Notes: generated by a model from the sequence alone, not told the origin. Shown: positions 9,197 to 19,940, numbered from the stretch's first letter. The stretch: 32,000 bases of DNA from Desulfobulbus propionicus DSM 2032 (GCF_000186885.1 NC_014972.1:2190001-2222000); one strand, 5' to 3'. Made by a program: numbers and translations.

Positions 9197-9808
9197 ATGC
9201 AGATCATTCCCCCGGCCCTGGAGCGATTGATCGCCGACCTGACCCGGTTGCCGGGAATCGGCCGCAAAACAGCCACTCGGCTCGCCTTGTACATCCTGCG
9301 ACGGCCAGCGGCGGAGGGCAGAAATCTCGCCCACGACCTGATGGTGCTCCATGACACCATCCACCTCTGCCACCAGTGTTTCACCTTCTCCGAAACCGAT
9401 CCCTGCGCGATTTGCGGCAATCCCGGGCGGGATTCACGACTAGTGTGCGTGGTCGAGGAGCCGGGCGATCAGATCGCCATCGAGAAAACCGGCGTGTTCC
9501 GCGGCACCTACCACATCCTTCACGGGGTGATCGCCCCCATGGACGGTATAGGTCCCGACGAGCTGAAAATACGCGAGTTGCGGCAACGGGTTGCCTCCGG
9601 TCAGGTCGACGAGGTGTTGATCGCCACCAGTTCCACGGTCCCCGGTGAAGCCACCGCCTCCTATCTCGCCGAAATGCTGCAGGATACCAAGGTCCGCCTC
9701 AGTCGTCTGGCCTGTGGTATTCCCATGGGCATGGACATCAAGTATGCCGACGAACACACCTTGGCCAGGGCTGTCGAATCCCGCCAATCGGTGCCTGGAC
9801 GAACCTGA
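9197..9808 (+). CDS. recR: Recombination mediator RecR
   Basis: ALERLIADLTRLPGIGRKTATRLA, zinc finger CHQCFTFSETDPCAIC, Toprim region VVEEPGDQIAIEKT. Confidence 0.95.
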   Translation: MQIIPPALERLIADLTRLPGIGRKTATRLALYILRRPAAEGRNLAHDLMVLHDTIHLCHQCFTFSETDPCAICGNPGRDSRLVCVVEEPGDQIAIEKTGVFRGTYHILHGVIAPMDGIGPDELKIRELRQRVASGQVDEVLIATSSTVPGEATASYLAEMLQDTKVRLSRLACGIPMGMDIKYADEHTLARAVESRQSVPGRT

Positions 9809-9891
9809 CAGCCGCACCGTGCATCCTCTCAAGGCCCGCCGTTTCTCTCTTTGACCTCTCTCCTTTCTGCCCCTGCTCGCGAATGCAACGT

Positions 9892-9915
9892 CTCCCCCGT
9901 CCAAAGGCGGGGGAG
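9892..9915. terminator. GC-rich hairpin between convergent recR and permease genes
   Basis: CTCCCCCG-tccaaagg-CGGGGGAG; weak T-tract. Confidence 0.4.
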
Positions 9916-9947
9916 GTTTGAATAGACGGCAGACCGAATGCGCCCGG

Positions 9948-10751
9948 TTAACTCATCATGCTCCATACCATCCTGGTGGCGACGGCGTAGAGAAACAGGG
10001 CAAAGAGCCGTTTGAGCTTGTCGACCGGTAACGCATGGGCCAGCTTGGCCCCCAGTGGGGCGGTGAAAATCGAAGTGCAGACAATACCGATTAGAGCCGG
10101 CAGATAGACATAGCCAAGGCTGTAGGCTGGCAGGCCACTGCCATGCAGGTTGTTGACCATGAAACCGAATGCGCCGGCGATGGCAATGGGAAAGCCGATG
10201 GCCGCCGAGGTGCCGACAGCCAGATGAGCCGGGACATTGCACCAGATCATGAAGGGCACGGACAGCGATCCGCCGCCGATGCCAACCAGGGCCGACACCA
10301 CACCGATGGTCGAACCAACGCCGAACATACCTGCTGTTTGCGGCAGCTCGCGCGAGGCCTTGGGCTTTTTGTTGAGCAGCATCTGCGTGGCCACGCAATA
10401 GAGAAACACGCAGAAAAAGGTTTTGAGAAAACCGGTGGACAGCCGCGCGGCAATGAAGGTGCCGAGAAAGGTGCCGATCAGGATACCGGGCACGATCCGT
10501 CGAACAATGGTCCATTCCACCGCGCCCCGCCGATGATGGGACATGAAGCTGGAGATGGAGGTGAAGATGATGCTGGCCAGCGAGGTGCCCAAGGCCAGAT
10601 GCATGATCTGATCCGGCTGTACGCCCTGCTTGGCGAAACAGAAAACCAGCATCGGCACGATCACCACGCCGCCGCCCACCCCCAGCAGACCGGCCAATAC
10701 TCCGGCAATCAATCCCACCACCAGATACATCAACACAATTTCAATGGTCAT
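9948..10751 (-). CDS. Sulfite exporter TauE/SafE family membrane permease
   Basis: 267 aa, multiple hydrophobic helices, VVGLIAGVLAGLLGVGGGVVIVPML and duplicated GIGGGSLSVPFM motif. Confidence 0.88.
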   Translation of the reverse strand: MTIEIVLMYLVVGLIAGVLAGLLGVGGGVVIVPMLVFCFAKQGVQPDQIMHLALGTSLASIIFTSISSFMSHHRRGAVEWTIVRRIVPGILIGTFLGTFIAARLSTGFLKTFFCVFLYCVATQMLLNKKPKASRELPQTAGMFGVGSTIGVVSALVGIGGGSLSVPFMIWCNVPAHLAVGTSAAIGFPIAIAGAFGFMVNNLHGSGLPAYSLGYVYLPALIGIVCTSIFTAPLGAKLAHALPVDKLKRLFALFLYAVATRMVWSMMS

Positions 10752-10808
10752 GACATTCTCTCCTGTTCGGCATATCCGCCGGTCAAAGTTGATACCGCTT
10801 CACGACAT

Positions 10809-11519
10809 TCATTCAGTGGGCGGCTCGTCAAAAATAGCGCGTTCGATCTCGGCCAGATGATCGTGCATGGCCGCGCCCGCCGCCTCGGCGTCGCCGGCCT
10901 CCAGGGCATCAATGATTCGCAGGTGCCCTTCCACTGAAGCGTGGCGGCGCGCGCTCGTCTGCAGCCAGGTGGATCGGCTCTCGTTGAGAATCGACTGAAT
11001 GGTGGTCATCACCTGAATCACGACCTGGTTGCCGGTACCGGCGGCCAGCAGGCGATGAAATTCAGCGTCCAGGCTATCTTCTTCCCGGCCGGCGATCACG
11101 GCGCGCTGCTGATCACAGGCCACGATCTTGAGACGGCCAAGAGCCTCCGGGGTTATCCGCCGTGCGGCCAAGGCGGCGATCAGCGGCTCGATCATCTGGC
11201 GAAACTCTATGATATCATGTACAAAACCGCTCTGCTCGCCGATGGCATCAAGAATCGCTTCGGCGGAACAGCCCCCCCCCAAAGGAGCGAGCAGATAGGT
11301 TCCGTCACCCTGCCGACTCTCGATGATCCCCCGCTCGGCCAGGATGTGAAATGCCTGCCTGAGACTGCCGCGCGACACCCCCAACGATTCGGCCAACTTT
11401 CGTTCCGGGGGTAGCCGATCGCCCGGGGCAAGCTCCCCATCGGCGATCATTGACTCAATCCGGTCAATAATCGCCCGATACGCGTATTTTTTTTCCTCTT
11501 TGGTTGCCGGCATACCCAT
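10809..11519 (-). CDS. FadR-subfamily GntR transcriptional regulator
   Basis: 236 aa; N-terminal wHTH GDRLPPERKLAESLGVSRGSLRQAFHILAERGIIESRQGDGTYL and helical FCD-like C-terminal domain. Confidence 0.9.
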   Translation of the reverse strand: MGMPATKEEKKYAYRAIIDRIESMIADGELAPGDRLPPERKLAESLGVSRGSLRQAFHILAERGIIESRQGDGTYLLAPLGGGCSAEAILDAIGEQSGFVHDIIEFRQMIEPLIAALAARRITPEALGRLKIVACDQQRAVIAGREEDSLDAEFHRLLAAGTGNQVVIQVMTTIQSILNESRSTWLQTSARRHASVEGHLRIIDALEAGDAEAAGAAMHDHLAEIERAIFDEPPTE

Positions 11520-11532
11520 CCTTCCCCCTGAA

Positions 11533-11546
11533 ATTGGTTAACCAAT
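11533..11546. promoter_or_regulatory. Palindromic operator copy 1 (FadR/GntR type)
   Basis: ATTGGTTAACCAAT, 14-bp perfect palindrome, ~14 bp upstream of the regulator start codon. Confidence 0.75.
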
Positions 11547-11594
11547 ACTGTATTTTTTTTTCCTGATCAACATGTTTCAAGCGTTGCCGCCAAA

Positions 11595-11608
11595 ATTGGT
11601 TAACCAAT
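11595..11608. promoter_or_regulatory. Palindromic operator copy 2 (FadR/GntR type)
   Basis: Identical ATTGGTTAACCAAT in shared context AAATTGGTTAACCAATAC, 62 bp from copy 1. Confidence 0.75.
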
Positions 11609-11943
11609 ACCCAGCCTCAACCTGGCGCAGCCGGCAACTCCCTCTCCGCAACCGCCCCGGGTTCGTTCCGCATAGTTCAAGCAATGCCTCTCCAAGTTGT
11701 GAATCATCACCGAGGGTGTAACTACCCGGAATTAACTACGGGTTTCAAAGATTGATAGGCGCAGCGCACGATCTCTGGAACCCGCAGTGCACTTCCTCCT
11801 CCAACCTAAACCGGTTGCTTCCCATCCCGTTCAATGGTATCAATGGTATATCTGCCGCTCGAGATTCTGTTGTCGTTGATTTTCCGCTGTTCCATCCCAT
11901 CGCGGATGGGTGCAGCGGTCTTGCCAAGGTGTTTAGTCCCGCC

Positions 11944-14112
11944 ATGAATAGGTTTTCTCCCCTCCGCCCTTCAGGTCGTCTTCATGCCAAGATGTGGTTT
12001 ATCTCCTTCTTTTCCCTGTTAACCGTCTGTTTTATGCCTTTGCTCTGGCGCATGGTTCATTCCGGTGTCAGTCAACCCCTCGGTCTCCTCTCCGATGGAA
12101 CGCTGGGCCTCCTGCTCCTGCTGTTCCTGACGCATATCTCTCGTTGGTTGCGCATTGTCGCTATCCTGCCGTGGGCCATCTTTCAACTGGTCGCCTTCGA
12201 ACTGATGGCCGCGATGCAACGCTTGCCCAACTGGTCCGATCTGCAGTATCTGAAGGACTTGAAATTCCTCGACAACAGCATGGCCGGGTTTTCGCCCACC
12301 TCACCCCTGTTGACAGGGTTGCTGCTGACAACCGTCCTGCTGAGTTTGCTTCCGCCAATCAAACTCCACCCCCTGCCCCCGATACGCACGCTGACATTCG
12401 TGGTTATGCTGGCAACCGGGTATGGGATGCTCAGTTCTCACTCGGCTCACCAGGGCGTACTGGAGCGCTACTCCCCCCTGCACTGGCTGATCACCGACGC
12501 TCTCATCCATCGATTCATTCCCGCCACGTCTCCCCAGACCATTCCCCCACCCACAGGCCTGACCGCACTGGATCTAAATGGCAGGCCGTTGTTGACTGCG
12601 GGCAAGGCAAAGAATGTGCTCGTCGTGGTGCTGGAAGGAATCCCAGGATTGTATTACCCCGAGATAGCCCGAACAATGGGCGTGACCTCAGATAAACAGG
12701 AGATGCCGCTCTTTGCCGCCAGCACGGACGACGCTATGCTCGTTCCCGATTTTGCCGTACACAGCCATCAGACAATCCGCGGTCTCTATGCCATGCTCTG
12801 CGGCGATTACAGCAAACTGTCGTGGAGCACGCCCAAGGCTTTTGAACTGCAACACAATCAATCCCGAGCCCAGGATTGCCTTCCCGCTCAATTGGCGGCT
12901 CAGGGCTGGAGCACCCATTTTCTTCAGGGCGCCAACCTCGGCTTCATGGGCAAGGATCGGGTCATGCCGATGATCGGTTTCCAGGAGGTACACGGCAACG
13001 AATGGTTTACAGAACCCAACCCCTTCCCTTTTGAATGGGGGACGGTGGACTCAGTCTTTTTCCATGGAGCATGGCAGTATATTGTCGGCTTGCAGGCTCA
13101 GCAGCAGCCGTGGATGCTTACCCTACTGACCGTCGGCACCCATCAACCCTATGCCGTGTCGGATGAAGTAGCGGATCACTATCCATCGAAGAAAGCGGCG
13201 GCGGTGGCCCAGTTGGACCAAGCCCTCGCCCCTTTTATCGCTCAACTGCGTCGCGAAGGGGTACTTGAGGATACTCTGGTGATCATCACCTCCGATGAAT
13301 CCCATGGCGCCAACCTCGGCCGCTGGGTCAGCAGTTGGGGGCTAGCGGTCATCCTCGCCCCCGAACACCTTCCCCGGATCAAACACGGCGGACACGGCCT
13401 AGTCGATATGACCGCTTCGGTCCTTGATTATTTCGGTCTACAGCCACCATCGACCCTAAGCGGACGAAGTGTGTTCCGTGACTATGACGCCCCCCGGGAG
13501 ATGATCTCATACACCGCCTCCGAGAAGCGCTACCATACAAGCGAAAACGTACTGTATGTCTGTTCCGACGATGGCCTATGCAGGATGGGCAAAGCGTCTA
13601 GCATACTTGGCTCGTATGCGCTGCAACCCTTGCCGAGAAAAGAAAATGCTCGCAGGCACGATTATCTCACGTCCTTTTCCTCGACCCTGGACAAAAGTTT
13701 ATCCGCACCTCAAGGAAATAGACGCCTAAAGTTTGCCAGCGGTGAACTGCGCCCCCTGCCCGAGACGATGACCAGTGAATGGGCCGACAATCTTATCGGC
13801 GCTCAATATCTTGATTTTCCAAAGAATTCACAGGTACATGTCTCCATCAAAGTGAAAGCTATTGACGCTTCCCGCAACGGTATTGCCTTGAAATTGCTGT
13901 TCAAACAAAGCGACACGCCCGTGAATGAAATTGCCTCGCCACAATTTCCTATTCTCTATACCGGGGAAGAGCACCGGGTTGAATTCACATTCGACAATCC
14001 GCACCCGCGGCAATCATTTTCTTTTCACCTCGTGGGCGAAGGAAAAGACAGCATTATTCAACTCGATGAGTTTGACGTTGCCGTGGATGAAGAGACCATT
14101 GAAAATACCTAA
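11944..14112 (+). CDS. LTA synthase/MdoB-like sulfatase-superfamily membrane protein
   Basis: N-terminal transmembrane segments, then NVLVVVLEGIPGLYYPEI...SHQTIRGLYAMLCG...LLTVGTHQPY...VIITSDESHG...HGGHGLVDMTASVLDYFG; start inferred from where the hydrophobic region begins (the ORF is open from 11752). Confidence 0.82.
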   Translation: MNRFSPLRPSGRLHAKMWFISFFSLLTVCFMPLLWRMVHSGVSQPLGLLSDGTLGLLLLLFLTHISRWLRIVAILPWAIFQLVAFELMAAMQRLPNWSDLQYLKDLKFLDNSMAGFSPTSPLLTGLLLTTVLLSLLPPIKLHPLPPIRTLTFVVMLATGYGMLSSHSAHQGVLERYSPLHWLITDALIHRFIPATSPQTIPPPTGLTALDLNGRPLLTAGKAKNVLVVVLEGIPGLYYPEIARTMGVTSDKQEMPLFAASTDDAMLVPDFAVHSHQTIRGLYAMLCGDYSKLSWSTPKAFELQHNQSRAQDCLPAQLAAQGWSTHFLQGANLGFMGKDRVMPMIGFQEVHGNEWFTEPNPFPFEWGTVDSVFFHGAWQYIVGLQAQQQPWMLTLLTVGTHQPYAVSDEVADHYPSKKAAAVAQLDQALAPFIAQLRREGVLEDTLVIITSDESHGANLGRWVSSWGLAVILAPEHLPRIKHGGHGLVDMTASVLDYFGLQPPSTLSGRSVFRDYDAPREMISYTASEKRYHTSENVLYVCSDDGLCRMGKASSILGSYALQPLPRKENARRHDYLTSFSSTLDKSLSAPQGNRRLKFASGELRPLPETMTSEWADNLIGAQYLDFPKNSQVHVSIKVKAIDASRNGIALKLLFKQSDTPVNEIASPQFPILYTGEEHRVEFTFDNPHPRQSFSFHLVGEGKDSIIQLDEFDVAVDEETIENT

Positions 14113-14425
14113 CCAATGAACCGTGACGAATTCTTCGCACGGTTGGCGCGGTTGCTGAAAATGCCGCGCACTGCCATCCGCCACCAAAGGCGTAGCTCTG
14201 CCACCTCCGCCATCCCCTGTCGCCCCCGCCTCTACAGCCCGCATCCGCTGCCAGCCGAGGACATACGGAGACCTCTCGACTATATCATGAATTTTTTGTT
14301 GAATTTCCAACTGTTCCGATCCTGATCAACCCGCATTGGAATTGTTTTCTTGTCTGATCGATTGAGTAATGCTATAGTGTGCCCCATTCATGCTTCAAAA
14401 TTGCAATGGAATGAAGGAGTCATTC

Positions 14426-14659
14426 ATGGAACAATTGCAGGAAACCGTTATAAAAGTGCTGGCGCAAATCCGTCCCACCCTGCAACGGGACGGAGGCGAC
14501 GTCGAGTTCGTCGAACTCGGACCGGATCAGATCCTCAAGGTCCGGCTCACCGGGGCTTGCCAGGGCTGCCCCATGTCCCGCATCACCCTGAAGGAGGGCA
14601 TCGAGAAGTTCGTCAAGGGCGAACTCCCGACCATCCGGGCCGTAGAGGCGGTCGAATAG
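14426..14659 (+). CDS. NifU C-terminal domain protein (Fe-S scaffold)
   Basis: 77 aa; IRPTLQRDGGDVEFVEL, CQGCPMSRITLKEGIE; RBS AAGGAG. Confidence 0.92.
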   Translation: MEQLQETVIKVLAQIRPTLQRDGGDVEFVELGPDQILKVRLTGACQGCPMSRITLKEGIEKFVKGELPTIRAVEAVE

Positions 14660-14663
14660 CGTC

Positions 14664-15065
14664 ATGCCGCTTGGTTTTGTCGAAAGTCTGCTCTGGTTGA
14701 GCCTCAACGTCTACCATGAATCGCGCGGGGAGCCGGAAATCGGTCAGTTGGCCGTGGCCCATGTCACCCTCAATCGTGCCCTTGAAAATAACGCAACAAT
14801 TGCCGATGTTATTCTGGCACCCAATCAGTTCAGCTGGACCTTTCAAAAAAAATCCTACGTCCCGCTTGAAATCAATCCGTTGCAGGAGAGTCTTCGGGTT
14901 GCCCTCAAGGCCATGACCACGCCGGATTTCACCAGCGGTTCCACCTTTTATCATCACGTCACCGTTGACCCGAAATGGGTGGTCGGCAAATCGTACATCG
15001 GCCAGTATGGTTCGCATAAATTTTACCGCGACAGCGATCCACCGATTTCGGCTACTGCCTTTTAA
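14664..15065 (+). CDS. Cell wall hydrolase, SleB-like
   Basis: 133 aa; LWLSLNVYHESRGEPEIGQLAVAHVTLNR, FSWTFQKK, FYHH motif. Confidence 0.8.
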   Translation: MPLGFVESLLWLSLNVYHESRGEPEIGQLAVAHVTLNRALENNATIADVILAPNQFSWTFQKKSYVPLEINPLQESLRVALKAMTTPDFTSGSTFYHHVTVDPKWVVGKSYIGQYGSHKFYRDSDPPISATAF

Positions 15066-15152
15066 CCGACCGATTTTTCACATCTTCCCCATGTTTTTCC
15101 CCCCATCCCTATCCCGGAGTTGACAAACGAGCCTATCTTTTTTATAGAACAT

Positions 15153-15231
15153 CCATCGCGAGGGGTGGCGTAAAGCCTGAGATGATACCCATGGAACCTG
15201 ATCCGGATAATACCGGCGAAGGGAAGCGGAC
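15153..15231 (+). promoter_or_regulatory. TPP riboswitch (THI element)
   Basis: GAGGGGTGGCGTAAAGCCTGAGATGATACCC...GAACCTGATCCGGATAATACCGGCGAAGGGAAGCGG matches the TPP aptamer; directly upstream of thiS. Confidence 0.95.
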
Positions 15232-15273
15232 AAGACAAAGAGGAACCGGGTGTACCCCGGTTTTCCGGCCTGC

Positions 15274-15317
15274 AAGCCGCTTGCCCTTCCCTGAAAGGAC
15301 AAGCGGCTTTTTTTTAT
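15274..15317 (+). terminator. Intrinsic terminator of the TPP riboswitch expression platform
   Basis: AAGCCGCTTG(15274-15283)/CAAGCGGCTT(15300-15309), inner CCTT/AAGG, followed by T-rich tract. Confidence 0.9.
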
Positions 15318-15329
15318 TGGGGAAACAGC

Positions 15330-15527
15330 ATGGACCTGTTCGTTAACGGAGTCAAGGAAACCGCAGAGCCCTGTACCATCGATCAACTGGTGGCGCGCAA
15401 GGGGCTGGCGCCGGGGGCGCTGGTGGTGGAATTGAACCAGCAGATTATCAAACAGGAGCAGTGGTCGATCACGCCACTCAAGGACGGCGACCGGTTGGAA
15501 CTGCTCAGTTTTGTCGGTGGAGGCTGA
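15330..15527 (+). CDS. thiS: Sulfur carrier protein ThiS
   Basis: 65 aa, C-terminal LLSFVGGG; upstream of thiG. Confidence 0.92.
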   Translation: MDLFVNGVKETAEPCTIDQLVARKGLAPGALVVELNQQIIKQEQWSITPLKDGDRLELLSFVGGG

Positions 15528-15530
15528 CTC

Positions 15531-16304
15531 ATGAACGATGACGTATTGACCCTTGGTGGCCGGACGTTTACCAACCGGTTGCTCACCGGCACCGGCAAAT
15601 TTGCGTCCCATGCCCAAATTCCCCGGATGCTGGCGGCCAGCGGCTCGCAGATGATCACTGTGGCCCTGCGCCGCATCGACACCACCGCCCAGTCGGAAAA
15701 CATCCTCGATTATATTCCCAAGAAGGTGACCCTCTTGCCCAACACCTCGGGTGCGCGGACGGCGGAACAGGCGGTGCGTATCGCCCGCATCGCCCGCGAG
15801 GCCGGTTGCGGCGACTTCATCAAGATCGAGGTGATCACCGACATGAAGTACCTGATGCCGGACAACTGGGAGACGCTCAAGGCCACCGAGATTCTGGCCA
15901 AGGAGGGGTTCATCGTCCTGCCTTACGTGCTGCCCGATCTGCCGCTGGCCAAACGGCTGGAGAATGCGGGGGCCGCCGCGGTCATGCCGCTGGGCGCTCC
16001 GATCGGCACCAATCGGGGCCTGGAAACCCGGCCGCTGATCGAGCTGTTGATCGACAACTGCACCGTGCCCATCGTGGTCGACGCCGGCATCGGCAAGCCC
16101 TCCCAGGCGGCGGCGGCCATGGAGATGGGGGCCGACGCGGTGCTGGTCAACACCGCCATTGCCACCGCCAAGGATCCGGAAGCCATGGGACGCGCCTTTG
16201 ACCTGGCGGTTCGGGCCGGCCGGGCCGCCTATCTGGCGCAACTAGCGGAAGAATCGACCCTGGCCCGGGCCTCGTCGCCGCTCACCGGTTTTCTGGACGA
16301 ATAA
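15531..16304 (+). CDS. thiG: Thiazole synthase ThiG
   Basis: 257 aa; [73 protein letters not shown]. Confidence 0.96.
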   Translation: MNDDVLTLGGRTFTNRLLTGTGKFASHAQIPRMLAASGSQMITVALRRIDTTAQSENILDYIPKKVTLLPNTSGARTAEQAVRIARIAREAGCGDFIKIEVITDMKYLMPDNWETLKATEILAKEGFIVLPYVLPDLPLAKRLENAGAAAVMPLGAPIGTNRGLETRPLIELLIDNCTVPIVVDAGIGKPSQAAAAMEMGADAVLVNTAIATAKDPEAMGRAFDLAVRAGRAAYLAQLAEESTLARASSPLTGFLDE

Positions 16305-16336
16305 CTCGTTGGTGTCGTCACCGCAAGGAGCAGACC

Positions 16337-17446
16337 ATGTCCTATTTTGAGGTAGTCGAACAGTACAACGGCTTTGATTTTGCCGGTTTTTTCAACGGGG
16401 TGACCGAGGCGGCCATCGAGCGGAGCCTGGCCAAAAACAACCCAGGGGCGATGGATTTTCTCACCCTGCTCAGTCCCAGGGCGGCCGGACATTTGGAGGC
16501 CATGGCCCGCAAGGCCCATCAATTAACGGTACAGTATTTCGGTCGCACCATCCAGATGTTCATCCCGCTCTACATCTCCAACCACTGCAACAACGGCTGC
16601 GCTTACTGCGGCTTCAACCACAAAAACCCCATCCTGCGGCGCAAGTTGAGCCTGGAAGAGATCGAGGCCGAGGCCAAAGCCATTGCCCGCACCGGCATGC
16701 AGCATGTGCTCTTTCTCACCGGCGAGGCCCATCACATCACCCCCATGACCTATCTGGTCGATGCCGCCCGGCTGCTGAAACGACATTTTGCCTCGGTGGC
16801 CATCGAGGTCTATCCGCTGGCGGTCGAGGAATACCGGCAGCTGCACGAGGCCGGGGTCGACGGCATGACCATGTTCCAGGAGACCTACGACCAGGCGGTC
16901 TACAAGCGGGTGCACCTGGCCGGCAAAAAGATGGACTACCATTGGCGGCTCAACGCGCCCGAACGGGCGGCTCAAGGAGGCATGCGGGTGGTCAATCTCG
17001 GTGCCCTGCTGGGACTGGCCGAACCGCGTAGCGAGATCTTCTTCACCGGCCTGCACGCCCGCTACCTGGAAAACAAGTTCCTCGACACCGAGGTGGCCAT
17101 TTCTCTGCCGCGCTTCAATGAAGCCGAGGGCGACTTCCAGCCCGACTACCTGGTGGACGACAGGACCTTTGTCCAGTTCATGACCGCCCTGCGCATCTTT
17201 CTGCCGCGCGCCGGTATCACCATCTCCACCCGGGAAAATGCCGCCTTCCGCGACCGCATCCTGCCGCTCGGCGCCACCCGTTTCTCGGCTGGTTCGAGCA
17301 CGGGGGTGGGCGGCTACACCGAGATCAAGGTCGAGCAGACGCCCCAGTTCGAGATCACCGACAACCGCAGTGTCGATGAGGTGGCCCAGGCCATCGTCGC
17401 CCACGGCTATCAGCCGATCTATAAAGATTGGGATCGGATCGAATGA
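16337..17446 (+). CDS. thiH: 2-iminoacetate synthase ThiH (radical SAM)
   Basis: 369 aa; radical-SAM CNNGCAYCGF motif; SRPEIFFTGLHARYLE; TRFSAGSSTGVGGY. Confidence 0.94.
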   Translation: MSYFEVVEQYNGFDFAGFFNGVTEAAIERSLAKNNPGAMDFLTLLSPRAAGHLEAMARKAHQLTVQYFGRTIQMFIPLYISNHCNNGCAYCGFNHKNPILRRKLSLEEIEAEAKAIARTGMQHVLFLTGEAHHITPMTYLVDAARLLKRHFASVAIEVYPLAVEEYRQLHEAGVDGMTMFQETYDQAVYKRVHLAGKKMDYHWRLNAPERAAQGGMRVVNLGALLGLAEPRSEIFFTGLHARYLENKFLDTEVAISLPRFNEAEGDFQPDYLVDDRTFVQFMTALRIFLPRAGITISTRENAAFRDRILPLGATRFSAGSSTGVGGYTEIKVEQTPQFEITDNRSVDEVAQAIVAHGYQPIYKDWDRIE

Positions 17447-17982
17447 ACATCGGTATTGCCGGGGTGGGCGGCATCGGCTCCAACGTGGCGGTCAACCTGG
17501 TACGCAGCGGCGTGGAGGCCTTGACGATTGTCGATTTCGACCGAGTGGAACCGTCCAACCTCAACCGCCAGTTCTACTTTGCCGACCAGATCGGCCGCTA
17601 CAAGGTTGATGCGCTACGCGAGAATTTACAACGGATCCGACCGGAACTGCGCGTGGAAACCACGGTTGAACGGATTGATGCCGCCAACTGTCTCACCCTT
17701 TTTGCCGACTGCGACCTGATCGTCGAAGGCTTTGACCGGCAGGCGGATAAAAAAATGCTGCTGGAGGCCTTCGGCACCGAGCGGATCGTGGTCTCGGCCT
17801 GCGGCATCGCCGGCAGTGACTTGGGCTCCATTCGCATCCGCCGGATCGGCAACTGCCATATCGTCGGCGACTTCACCACCGACTGCAGCGAGGCTCCGTT
17901 GTTTGCCCACAAGGTCCTCACCGTCGCCAACCACATGAGCGCGATCATCCTCAGTCAACCAGGAGTTCTTCATGAAACATAG
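17443..17982 (+). CDS. thiF: ThiS adenylyltransferase ThiF family (short form)
   Basis: 179 aa; GIAGVGGIGSNVAVNLVRSGV, DFDRVEPSNLNRQFYF; start overlaps thiH stop (ATGA). Confidence 0.88.
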   Translation: MNIGIAGVGGIGSNVAVNLVRSGVEALTIVDFDRVEPSNLNRQFYFADQIGRYKVDALRENLQRIRPELRVETTVERIDAANCLTLFADCDLIVEGFDRQADKKMLLEAFGTERIVVSACGIAGSDLGSIRIRRIGNCHIVGDFTTDCSEAPLFAHKVLTVANHMSAIILSQPGVLHET

Positions 17983-18622
17983 TAAACCTCTTTTTCCCGC
18001 CGGCATCTATGGCATCACCGCCGAAAAGTTCTCCGCCGGCCGGACCAATATCGAGGTCGCCCAACAGATGATCAGGGGCGGCATCCGCTTGATCCAGTAC
18101 CGGGAAAAACGACCGCACAAGAGCTTTGCCGAGATGCTCGCCGAGTGCCGCGCCATTCGCGCAATGACCCGCGACGCGGGCGTTCTGTTCATCGTCAACG
18201 ACTACCCCGATATCGCCCAACTGGTCGATGCCGACGGCGTCCATGTCGGTCAAGACGATTTTCCGGTGCCCGAGGTGCGGCGGTTGATCGGCCCGCACAA
18301 GCTGATCGGCCTCTCCACCCACGGTCCGGAGCAGGCGGCCGCCGCGTTGGCGGCTGGTGCCGACTACATCGGCGTCGGCCCGATCTTCAGCACCCAAACC
18401 AAGGAGGATGTCTGCGCTCCGGTTGGGCTGGGGTATCTTGAGCATGTGGTGCGCTCCTGCCCTCTGCCCTTCGTCGCCATTGGCGGTATCAAGGAGCACA
18501 ACCTGCACGAAGTGGTAGCGCGCGGCGCCAAAACCGTGTGTCTGGTCACCGAAATTGTCGGCGCCACGGATATCGCCGCCACCGCCCGCCGATTGCAGGC
18601 GGCCTGCTCCGCCCCCCTTTAA
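17972..18622 (+). CDS. thiE: Thiamine phosphate synthase ThiE
   Basis: 216 aa; [53 protein letters not shown]. Confidence 0.94.
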   Translation: MKHSKPLFPAGIYGITAEKFSAGRTNIEVAQQMIRGGIRLIQYREKRPHKSFAEMLAECRAIRAMTRDAGVLFIVNDYPDIAQLVDADGVHVGQDDFPVPEVRRLIGPHKLIGLSTHGPEQAAAALAAGADYIGVGPIFSTQTKEDVCAPVGLGYLEHVVRSCPLPFVAIGGIKEHNLHEVVARGAKTVCLVTEIVGATDIAATARRLQAACSAPL

Positions 18623-18650
18623 ACAACCCTTTACCCCAGGAGAACCGATC

Positions 18651-19940
<1,290 letters not shown>

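Noticed and set aside
8177-9373. 398-aa minus-strand open frame
   Set aside because: Antisense to dnaX, ybaB and recR; composition is typical of a shadow ORF.
14116-14325. 69-aa ORF beginning just after the sulfatase-like gene
   Set aside because: No ribosome-binding site and low-complexity, arginine-rich composition; likely spurious.
15078-16241. 387-aa minus-strand open frame
   Set aside because: Antisense to the TPP riboswitch, thiS and thiG.
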